22,556 nt of DNA from Pseudomonadota bacterium (GTDB lineage Bacteria > UBA10199 > 2-02-FULL-44-16 > JBDRGF01). The DNA lies in contig JBDRGF010000023.1 in NCBI GenBank assembly GCA_043818055.1, forward strand, positions 1-22,556, in the 5' to 3' direction. Each line of letters starts with the position of its first letter. Position 1 is the first letter of the stretch. Below, in pieces: positions 8,440 through 16,707 of this stretch. Made by a program: the position numbers and the translations under genes. Below the pieces are notes generated by a model, which saw only the letters and a program-made list of their open reading frames with translations, did no database searches and had not been told where the DNA came from.

Positions 8440-9732
8440 ATGATGAAAATTTTTATCAGGGATATGTCGAAGCACGAGGGGAAGGAAGTGACGCTTAAAG
8501 GCTGGGTCTATAACTTTCGTTCTTCAGGTAAGATTATGTTCCTCCAGCTTCGCGATGGAACAGGATTTATTCAGGTCGTTCTTTCCAAAACGGATGCGAA
8601 TGATGCGATCTGGGATGCCGCTCAAAAGATCACGATTGAGACCTCTGTGGAAGTCTCTGGCAAGGTCGTGAAACATCCCAAGAGGGATGAATACGAGATG
8701 CAGGCCTCGGATCTGAAAGTTGTCCACTATGCAGCGGAGTATCCGATAGGGAAGAAGGAGCACGGTCCTGATTTTCTGCTCGATTTGAGGCATCTTTGGC
8801 TCAGATCGCCAAGGCAGTGGGCGATCCAGAAGGTGCGCGATACGGTGATACGGGCGACATACGACTGGATGAATCAGAACTATTTTACGAAGTTTGACTC
8901 GCCGATTCTCACCCCCGCTGCTTGCGAGGGAACGACTACGCTCTTCGAGCTCGACTACTTCGATCTTGGAAAGGCGTATCTTTCGCAGTCCGGCCAGCTC
9001 TATCTCGAAGCGGCGATCATGAGTCTGGGGCGCGTCTATGATTTTGGCCCGGTCTTTCGAGCCGAGAAGAGCAAGACCCGTCGCCACCTGATGGAGTTCT
9101 GGATGATGGATGCCGAGATGGCGTTCTGTGATCATGAGGATAGCTTAAAGCTGCAGGAGTCTCTCATCTCCTACATCGTCAAGCGCGTCCTTGATGAAAA
9201 TGCTAGCGATCTCAAAATTCTCGAGAGGGATGTCGGCGCATTAGAAAAGATCAAGCCGCCATTTTACAGAATGACGCATAACGAGGCCGTAAAAAAGCTC
9301 AAAGAGCTGGGCAGCGACATCTCCTTCGATGATGATTTGGGAGGCGATGACGAGACGCTCATCACGAAGCAGTTCGACAAGCCGCTTTTTATCGAAAAAT
9401 ATCCTGCTCATGTGAAGGCCTTCTATATGAAGCGCGATCCTGAAAATGACAAATTAGCCCTTTGCGCGGATATGCTGGCGCCTGAAGGCTTTGGCGAGAT
9501 CATCGGCGGGAGTCAGCGTGAGGATGATTACGATACCCTTGTTGCCAGGATCAAGGAGCACAACCTACCCGTCACAGCATTCAACTGGTATCTCGACTTG
9601 AGAAAATATGGCAGCGTTCCCCATTCCGGCTTTGGCTATGGCCTCGAGAGGGTGGTCGGATGGATCTGCGGCGTGCGTCATATCAGAGAGACGATACCCT
9701 TTCCAAGGCTTCTGAATCGCATCACGCCGTGA
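8440..9732 (+). CDS. asnS: Asparagine--tRNA ligase
   Basis: OB-fold FLQLRDGTG, AYLSQSGQLYLE, FRAEKSKTRRHLMEFWM, KAFYMK, GEIIGGSQRE and GFGYGLER. RBS AGGAG at 8432; start is 8440 or 8443. Confidence 0.92.
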   Translation: MMKIFIRDMSKHEGKEVTLKGWVYNFRSSGKIMFLQLRDGTGFIQVVLSKTDANDAIWDAAQKITIETSVEVSGKVVKHPKRDEYEMQASDLKVVHYAAEYPIGKKEHGPDFLLDLRHLWLRSPRQWAIQKVRDTVIRATYDWMNQNYFTKFDSPILTPAACEGTTTLFELDYFDLGKAYLSQSGQLYLEAAIMSLGRVYDFGPVFRAEKSKTRRHLMEFWMMDAEMAFCDHEDSLKLQESLISYIVKRVLDENASDLKILERDVGALEKIKPPFYRMTHNEAVKKLKELGSDISFDDDLGGDDETLITKQFDKPLFIEKYPAHVKAFYMKRDPENDKLALCADMLAPEGFGEIIGGSQREDDYDTLVARIKEHNLPVTAFNWYLDLRKYGSVPHSGFGYGLERVVGWICGVRHIRETIPFPRLLNRITP

Positions 9733-9735
9733 ATT

Positions 9736-9836
9736 TAGGGCAAATAGGCTGTAGCTGTTTAGGTTTAAAGGAAAAACAGATATCACTTAAACGACTAGAG
9801 CCTATCAGCCTAAACACCTACAGCCTAATCTACCTA
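9736..9836. repeat. TAGG-rich imperfect inverted-repeat element, copy 1
   Basis: Left arm 9736-9771 matches the reverse complement of right arm 9801-9836 at 28/36 positions, around a 29-nt spacer. It starts 3 bp after the asnS stop. Confidence 0.85.
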
Positions 9837-9903
9837 TCTCCATTCTTCCTGCTTAACATCTGAACGTTAATGTGTTAAGAATATCAAAAATAAAGGGGGG
9901 AAT

Positions 9904-11043
9904 ATGAAAACAGAACAAAGGGTTTGGAAAGAATCAAAAGGGTGGCAGAGTTTAACTGACAATAAGCTGAAGGATAAGGCACAGCTTGTTTTTCTTTTCG
10001 GAAGCCGCGAGCGGCTAAATAATAAAGAGCATTTTGCGGAGGTGAAGGGTTTTTACCCCAACGCGCACATAGCGGGTTGCTCCACATCTGGTGAGATAAT
10101 CGGCACCGAAGTTCAGGACGATTCCCTTGTTGTAACGGCGGTTTTCTTTGAAAAGGGAACAATGAAATTTGCTCACACAAAGCTAAGTAAGATGGATGAG
10201 AGCTTTAAGGCAGGTCAGGAGCTGGCGCGCTCTCTTGAAAAAGAGGGGCTTGTTCATGTTTTGGTATTGTCGGACGGTTTGGGCGTTAACGGCAGCGAGC
10301 TTGTCAAAGGCCTTGTGAGTGAGCTTCCAAACGGAGTAGCAGCCACAGGCGGGCTTGCCGGTGATAAGGCTAATTTTAAAGAAACTTCAGTCTTTTTGGA
10401 TGGCAATCCTGAAAAAAATATTGTTGTCGCAATAGGTTTTTATGGAAGCGGATTAAAGATCGGCTATGGTTCTCAGGGAGGCTGGACATCTTTTGGTTTG
10501 GACAGGCTGGTCACAAAATCAAAGGGTAATGTTTTGTATGAACTCGATGGTCAGCCGGCGCTCGAACTCTACAAAAAATTTCTAGGAGATCAGTCTAAAG
10601 GTTTGCCAGCGACGGGTCTCCTATTTCCTCTTTCACTGCGTATCAAGGAATCGAAGAGCTACCTCGTGCGCACGATATTGGCCATAAATGAAGATGGCGG
10701 CATGGTATTCGCCGGGGATATCCCAGAGGGCGCTTATGTGCGTCTTATGAAGGCTAATTTTGACAGGCTGGTAGATGGAGCATTAGGCGCCGCGAATATG
10801 AGTTTGGAAAGCGGAGGGGCAAAGGCGCCGGATCTGGCTATACTCATCAGTTGTGTAGGTAGAAAACTGGTGTTGAAACAAAAAATTGAGGAAGAGATTG
10901 AAGGGGTGAAAAATATCTTCGGTGAAAAGACTGCAATAACCGGTTTTTATTCGTATGGCGAGATATGCCCCGCAATTGCTACCGAAAAGAGATGTGAGCT
11001 TCATAATCAGACGATGACGATAACCACCTTTTCAGAAAGCTAA
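9904..11043 (+). CDS. FIST domain (FIST_N + FIST_C) sensor protein, NosP-like
   Basis: GCSTSGEI, LSDGLGVNGSELV, TGGLAGD, GSQGGW, VTKSKGNVLYELDGQPAL, VRTILA, LISCVGRK, GFYSYGEI and LHNQTMT; no TM segment. Confidence 0.93.
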   Translation: MKTEQRVWKESKGWQSLTDNKLKDKAQLVFLFGSRERLNNKEHFAEVKGFYPNAHIAGCSTSGEIIGTEVQDDSLVVTAVFFEKGTMKFAHTKLSKMDESFKAGQELARSLEKEGLVHVLVLSDGLGVNGSELVKGLVSELPNGVAATGGLAGDKANFKETSVFLDGNPEKNIVVAIGFYGSGLKIGYGSQGGWTSFGLDRLVTKSKGNVLYELDGQPALELYKKFLGDQSKGLPATGLLFPLSLRIKESKSYLVRTILAINEDGGMVFAGDIPEGAYVRLMKANFDRLVDGALGAANMSLESGGAKAPDLAILISCVGRKLVLKQKIEEEIEGVKNIFGEKTAITGFYSYGEICPAIATEKRCELHNQTMTITTFSES

Positions 11044-11046
11044 AAG

Positions 11047-11391
11047 ATGAATAAGCTGCTAGAGAGACAGATCAAAAAAGTTTTTGGAGAGATCAATACA
11101 ATGCCTAATGAGTTATTGCCGCTACTCAATACAATCAGCGAAACATATGATGGTTTTGAGACTGATCGCGTGTTGATGGAGCACTCGTTTGATTTAAGCT
11201 CAGAGGAACTTTTGGAGATCAATAAAAGGCTGGAAAATGAAATAGCTGAAAAAGCCGAGATTGAAAAGGAGTTGGAAAAGAAGGTAAACGAATTGAGCGT
11301 TTTTTATAAAGCCTCCTTTGGACGAGAGGAGAGAATCCTGGAATTGAAGAAAGAGGTCAGAGAATTGCAGGAAAAATTAGAGGAAATTTAA
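11047..11391 (+). CDS. Small helical FIST-partner/adaptor protein with C-terminal REER coiled-coil tail
   Basis: Starts 3 bp after the FIST stop. N-terminal MNKLLERQIKK...ISETY...DR.LMEHSFDLSSEEL resembles the input domain seen on kinases encoded after FIST genes; it ends FGREERILELKKEV with no catalytic domain. Confidence 0.8.
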   Translation: MNKLLERQIKKVFGEINTMPNELLPLLNTISETYDGFETDRVLMEHSFDLSSEELLEINKRLENEIAEKAEIEKELEKKVNELSVFYKASFGREERILELKKEVRELQEKLEEI

Positions 11392-11414
11392 GTCTAATTT
11401 CTTGTATAGTCCCA

Positions 11415-12404
11415 TCATCCTGCGTATTTGGGCTTTCGTCCCAATTCCTCCAAAAGCGAGTTCACCTCCCGCTTCACTTCGAGCACGCGCTTTTCTCTGT
11501 CTAACATGACTTCATTTATCTTTTCGAGGCGCTCTTTCTCCTCCTTGAGCCTGGTCTCGGTTGCTTTCCGCTCAGTCATATCCCTGAAAGTACCCATAAG
11601 ACATTTTTTGTCGTCTATTTCGAGAGGTACGGCGCTGATTTCAGCATAAAATACAGTTCCATTTTTTCTTTTTATGGGCATGTCGGTGGCAATCTTTATT
11701 TCTCCACTTATCTGGCGTCGGAATCGTTCGGCGACATAGGGAAAATCCTTTTCAGGATGAATATCCTTTACCTGTAATTTAAGAATCTCGCTTTGTGAAT
11801 AGCCAAGCATCTCGCAAATCTGGTTATTCGCCATGATAAGTTTATTGCTCTCGCCATCTGCTACAAGAATTCCATCCTGCGCGCATTCAAAGATGGTTCG
11901 GAATTTGTGCTCGCTCTCTTTAAGTGCTTTTTCCGTGATCACTTCATTTGTTATCTCTACCCATTGACACACGACGTTCTTGAGCGTGCTGTCATCATTT
12001 AGGATCGGAAAGATCGAAACATCAATTGCAACATCCCTCGCTTCTTCAAAACCGGCTTTGTCGGTTTTTTTTCCGTTCCACCAGATTCTAAAGCGTGCTG
12101 TGCTGTGTTTATCAAAAACATCTTTTACCTTCTCCATGACTCCCTGTTCAATCAGATTGTTGTCTTCAAGCACATTGTATTTACCGATTATCGCATCATC
12201 TTCAAGATTAAGAGACTCTCTCAAAGCTTTGTTTGTTCTCAAAACAATGCCTCTTTCATCTGAAATCCACATGGCAAAAGGACTTTCATCCATCACTTTA
12301 TTCATTAGTGATTCTGACGATCTGATGGCGTTTTCTGTATTTTTACCTTCTGTGCTGTCGGAACTTTCCCGTATCTGTTTTATGGGATTTTTCTTTTTTG
12401 TCAT
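11415..12404 (-). CDS. Tandem PAS-PAS protein with C-terminal REKR coiled-coil tail, no catalytic output
   Basis: PAS1 (ESPFAMWISDERG...CQWVEIT) and PAS2 (FRTIFECAQDGILVAD...MLGYS...IHP...FRDMTERK); tail MLDREKRVLEVKREVNSLLEELGRKPKY. Confidence 0.9.
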   Translation of the reverse strand: MTKKKNPIKQIRESSDSTEGKNTENAIRSSESLMNKVMDESPFAMWISDERGIVLRTNKALRESLNLEDDAIIGKYNVLEDNNLIEQGVMEKVKDVFDKHSTARFRIWWNGKKTDKAGFEEARDVAIDVSIFPILNDDSTLKNVVCQWVEITNEVITEKALKESEHKFRTIFECAQDGILVADGESNKLIMANNQICEMLGYSQSEILKLQVKDIHPEKDFPYVAERFRRQISGEIKIATDMPIKRKNGTVFYAEISAVPLEIDDKKCLMGTFRDMTERKATETRLKEEKERLEKINEVMLDREKRVLEVKREVNSLLEELGRKPKYAG

Positions 12405-12426
12405 TTTTCCCCCAATTCTAAGCCTC

Positions 12427-13962
12427 TCACTTCATTTTTGGTAAAAGGATCTTAACTTTTGTTCCCTTTCCATTTTCGCTCTCGATCATAATTTTTCCCT
12501 TATGAAGTTCAATTATCTTTTTACAGATTGAAAGACCAAGACCGATTCCTCTGCTGTGGTGATTGATATCGGCGACTTTAAAGGGGGTGAAGATGTTCTG
12601 CAGCACATCCTGCTCGAAACCTCCTCCATTGTCTGATACTTCGATCGCTATGAACTCTTCATATTTTTTCCCCTTTTCAATTGGATATGTCTTCAGTGTG
12701 ATTTCAGTACCTTTTGGGTTATGAAATGCCGCGTTGTGGATTATCCTGCTTAGCACATCGAGCATTTTGTCTCTATCGATATATGTGATCAGCATTTCCT
12801 GGGAGATCTCTTTTCTCAGGGGACTTTCATGCTCAGAGATGAGTTTTGTGAGACCATCGAAGTTACCTTCTATGAGATCCTTCAAATTAACATCAACCAT
12901 CGTAAGCTTGACGTTGTTTTTGCTTAAATTGGTATAGTAGATAATATTTTCCATCGTATTGATCAGCCTGCGCCTTCCTGTTTCGATGTTTTTTATAACC
13001 TTCCTTCTGTTGTCATCGCTGAGTTTATTCATATTATCATTTGTCGGCATCATCACCGCTTCCTCAAGCAAGCTCAATCCTTCGGATATGACTGTTACGG
13101 GAGAACGCAGTTCGTGGCTTATGAGCATGATGAATTCCTCTTTCATCGAATCGAGCATCTCTTTTTCGCCATTCATATCTTCCGCGAACTTTTTAAAATT
13201 ATCGGCATCTCTTTCTTTCTTTTTACTGGCCTCGATGCTTTTTTCGACGGCGCTTTTTAAACCGTTCAGATCGATCGGTTTGGTGAGGTAATCGTTAATG
13301 CCTATTCTGATCGCCTCCTGGGCGGTGTCGACGGAGGCATTTCCGGTCAATAATATTATTGCCATGTTGGGTCTCAGGGCTTTGGCCTTTTTGGCAAATT
13401 CAACTCCATCCATAAATGGCATCTTAATGTCACTGACGAGGACATCAAAGTTTTCCTTAGAGAGTATGTTAAGTCCGAGCTGTCCGCTCTCGACGGATAT
13501 AGCCTCATAGTCGATCTTTTTGAAAAAGGAATTCAGCATCTTTCGGATTTCGGTCTCATCATCGACGATGAGCACCTTCTTCTTTTCATCAACCTTCTCA
13601 TTTTTCAATCTTCTGTTTATCCTCTCGAGCAGCTCATCCAGATCCACAGGTTTGAATAGAAAGTCATCGTAGCCGAGTTGTCGTATCTCACCTATTGTGA
13701 TCTCATCCACATCCTGCGAACCTGTGAGTATGACCACGGGAATATCATTTTTTCTTTTTCTGAGCTCTCTGAGAACGCCCAAACCTCCGATCCCCTGCAT
13801 CCTCTTGTCCTGAATGAGCAGATCCGGTTTTTCCTTTTCAAGCAGGAGTAAACCTTCCTCACCTCTTAGCGCTGTAAAAACTTCAAACCCTTTGAGCGTC
13901 AAAAACTTTTTCAGGACATTACAAATCAGCTCTTCATCATCGACTACGAGAATTTTTTTCAT
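12427..13962 (-). CDS. Hybrid sensor kinase REC-REC-HisKA-HATPase_c
   Basis: REC1 KILVVDDE..DLLIQDKRM..FKP; REC2 VLIVDDE..VSDIKMP..TKP; H-box ISHELRSP; N-box IIHNA; G1 DNGGG; G2 GIGLGL. Confidence 0.93.
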   Translation of the reverse strand: MKKILVVDDEELICNVLKKFLTLKGFEVFTALRGEEGLLLLEKEKPDLLIQDKRMQGIGGLGVLRELRKRKNDIPVVILTGSQDVDEITIGEIRQLGYDDFLFKPVDLDELLERINRRLKNEKVDEKKKVLIVDDETEIRKMLNSFFKKIDYEAISVESGQLGLNILSKENFDVLVSDIKMPFMDGVEFAKKAKALRPNMAIILLTGNASVDTAQEAIRIGINDYLTKPIDLNGLKSAVEKSIEASKKKERDADNFKKFAEDMNGEKEMLDSMKEEFIMLISHELRSPVTVISEGLSLLEEAVMMPTNDNMNKLSDDNRRKVIKNIETGRRRLINTMENIIYYTNLSKNNVKLTMVDVNLKDLIEGNFDGLTKLISEHESPLRKEISQEMLITYIDRDKMLDVLSRIIHNAAFHNPKGTEITLKTYPIEKGKKYEEFIAIEVSDNGGGFEQDVLQNIFTPFKVADINHHSRGIGLGLSICKKIIELHKGKIMIESENGKGTKVKILLPKMK

Positions 13963-13968
13963 GACGAT

Positions 13969-16686
13969 CTATCCCCCCATAGGTAGTATTATAGTTGCAG
14001 TCGTTCTTTTTCCAGGCTCGCTCATATATTTCATGTCACCATTGTGAGCCTTTATAATTCCATAGCATATTGCCAATCCCAATCCAGTTCCCTCTTCTTT
14101 GGTCGTGAAAAAGGGCTCAAACATTTTATTAAGGTTTTGTTCGGATATGCCGCAGCCTTCATCCGCAAAGTCAATTTGAATAACATCTTTCACTACAGAT
14201 GTTGAAATGGTGATGGTTCCTCCATCCTGCATAGCCTCTTTGGCGTTTTTCAGTAAATTTATAAACACTTCGTGCATCTGTTTTTCATCTATCTTTATCT
14301 TTGGGGGAGAGTTCATATAGTTTCTCTTTATTATAACATTTTCCAGTGCGTATTGTCTCTCGATAAGCCCTATTACGAAATCGAGCGATTGGTTGACATC
14401 GACATCTGTGACATCCCCACGACTTGGCTTCGAGAATTTTAAGAGCCTTTGCATGATATCCCTTGCCCTCATGCACTGCTCTATGATGGTCTGAAGCCCA
14501 TCTTCTATCTCTTTATCCAGTTGTTTATCCATGAGAAGAATCTGCGCATTTCCCGATATTACCATCAGCGGATTGTTCACCTCATGTGCCATGTCGGAGG
14601 CCAGCTTTCCCAGTGATGAGAGTTTTTCAGATTGAACGAGCATGGCTTGAGTCTGTTTGAGCTCTTTGACGTTTTTTTCTAATTGTTCCCGGTCTAGGTT
14701 GTTATCCTCCAGCATGCTTGTCATTATTTCACGAGCCTTATGTTCATTGGCAAGGGCCATTTTCAGCCGTCTTTCGGCTTTGCTGCGTTCAGTGATATTC
14801 TGGCCCTGGGCAATGGTTCTTATGATAGTCTTGTCATCTTCAGCGAATATATTTGCGAAGCTCCAGAGAATCGTATGAATGTTGCCATCTTTGGAAAGAA
14901 TAGGAATTTCGATGGGAATGCTGGATTTATCGATTAAAGCTTCACTTTTTTTATCTTCGGGGAAAAAAAATGAAGATTTGTTGCCAACGACTTCATCTGC
15001 CTTATATCCAGAGAGTTGTTCGAATGCCCTGTTAAATCGTGTAATTTTATTCTCCGAATCCCAAACTACGATGGGGGCGCTGGCCTTATCGATCAGGTTG
15101 TCGAGATAATCCTTTGTCTCTTCAACCTTATTTTCTGCAATTTTGCGCTTGGTGATATCGATGCCTGTTCCGATAACATACATTTTGTCACCCATGGTCA
15201 TGCGAGATCCGGTAAAATAATATTGTGGCCTCTTTTTACTTTTGGATATGAAATTTGCTTCTACATCCCCAATGCCCGTATCTAAAACGTCTTTGATTAC
15301 AGCGGCGACTCTTCCCTTGTCTTCGCCTTCGAAGAAATCAAGGGGGTTCATCTTAGCTATCTCCTGGGGTGAATATTCTGAGATTTTTTCAAAGTTACTA
15401 TTCCATCTTAAAAAATTCCCTTTTTCATTGAAAAGATAAAATATGCCGGGAATGGAATTGATAGCTATTTCAGAGAATTGCCATTCTTTTATATACTCTT
15501 CTTCAGCGATTTTCCGTTCAGATATATCCACGCCGATTGCAACAACATAGGTGTTGTTATCGATTTTGAGGGAGCTACCTATGAAGTAATATGGAATCTT
15601 TTTATCTCTCTTGGAGAGAATCACTGTTTCAGTCTTTGCAAAGCCTTGCTCAAAAGAGCTCTGAATAGCCTTTGCAACTTTTTCCTTCTCCTCTTCAGGT
15701 AGGAAATCAAGAGGAGTCATCTTCGAAATCTTTTCAGTAGAATATCCTGTGACCTCTTCAAGGTTTTTGTTCCATTGCACCATTTTCCCTTCGATATCCA
15801 TGATGAAAAAGATGCCTGGGAGGGTGTTCATTATCGTCTGGGAAAATGTTTTTTCTTTTAACAGTTCCGTTTCAATCCTTTTTCTTTCGGTAATGTCGGT
15901 TATCACATTTGCAAGGTATTGTGGTTTACCCTTTTTATCAGGAATATAAAAGATATTCTCTATAACGGATATCTTATTGCCTTGGGCTGAGATGATCTCG
16001 GATTCCCCTGACCACTTTCCTTTTTTCATCACTATAGGAATAGTAGTTTGTTTTAGCTGTTTATAAGTTTTTTTGGAATAGTAGTTTCGAATATTCTTTT
16101 TTAGCGAATCCTCAGGTTTATCCTCTTCAAATATTTGCGAAAGGGCCGGGTTTACATATATTATATCACCAGCCAAATTTGCCATCCCAAAGCCCTGTCC
16201 CGAAAAATCGGCAAATTTCTTAAAGACGAGGATATCCTCTTCCATCTTCTTATACTTTGAAATGTCGGACCAATAGCCTATTATTTCCAAAGGCCTGCCC
16301 TTTTTATCCTTTATCAGCTTCATCTGATCTGTAACCCAGAGGTATTCGCCATTTTTATGGTGGAACAGGTATTCGTGTGAAAGATATCCCTTTTTAAAGA
16401 TGGCTGGTAATCCCGCGAGCACACGTTTCTTATCATCGGGATGTATATGGTCGAGCCAGAAACTTGAATTTTTTAAGAATTCTTCAGGCTTATATCCCAT
16501 CACATCTTTAACATTATCAGTGATGAAGGTGGCACCAAAGTCGCCTGTGGCCTTTGATTTATAAATAACAGCTGAGCTGGCTGAGAGAAGATAGTTGAGA
16601 TCATCTCTTGTGATGATGCTTTCATTGATTTTTTTGGGAATCGGCGTTTTTCTCTTAATTAAAATGTTTTTTTTCTTCTTTATCAT
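13969..16686 (-). CDS. Cytoplasmic multi-PAS (five PAS) histidine kinase, NtrB-like
   Basis: Five PAS/PAC units ending DISKYK, DITERK, DISERK, DITKRK and NITERS; LVQSEKLSSLG; H-box AHEVNNPL; NLLKNA; DEGCGI; FEPFFTTK; GTGLGL. Confidence 0.95.
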   Translation of the reverse strand: MIKKKKNILIKRKTPIPKKINESIITRDDLNYLLSASSAVIYKSKATGDFGATFITDNVKDVMGYKPEEFLKNSSFWLDHIHPDDKKRVLAGLPAIFKKGYLSHEYLFHHKNGEYLWVTDQMKLIKDKKGRPLEIIGYWSDISKYKKMEEDILVFKKFADFSGQGFGMANLAGDIIYVNPALSQIFEEDKPEDSLKKNIRNYYSKKTYKQLKQTTIPIVMKKGKWSGESEIISAQGNKISVIENIFYIPDKKGKPQYLANVITDITERKRIETELLKEKTFSQTIMNTLPGIFFIMDIEGKMVQWNKNLEEVTGYSTEKISKMTPLDFLPEEEKEKVAKAIQSSFEQGFAKTETVILSKRDKKIPYYFIGSSLKIDNNTYVVAIGVDISERKIAEEEYIKEWQFSEIAINSIPGIFYLFNEKGNFLRWNSNFEKISEYSPQEIAKMNPLDFFEGEDKGRVAAVIKDVLDTGIGDVEANFISKSKKRPQYYFTGSRMTMGDKMYVIGTGIDITKRKIAENKVEETKDYLDNLIDKASAPIVVWDSENKITRFNRAFEQLSGYKADEVVGNKSSFFFPEDKKSEALIDKSSIPIEIPILSKDGNIHTILWSFANIFAEDDKTIIRTIAQGQNITERSKAERRLKMALANEHKAREIMTSMLEDNNLDREQLEKNVKELKQTQAMLVQSEKLSSLGKLASDMAHEVNNPLMVISGNAQILLMDKQLDKEIEDGLQTIIEQCMRARDIMQRLLKFSKPSRGDVTDVDVNQSLDFVIGLIERQYALENVIIKRNYMNSPPKIKIDEKQMHEVFINLLKNAKEAMQDGGTITISTSVVKDVIQIDFADEGCGISEQNLNKMFEPFFTTKEEGTGLGLAICYGIIKAHNGDMKYMSEPGKRTTATIILPMGG

Positions 16687-16707
16687 AAAATTAAACCGAC
16701 TATAAAA

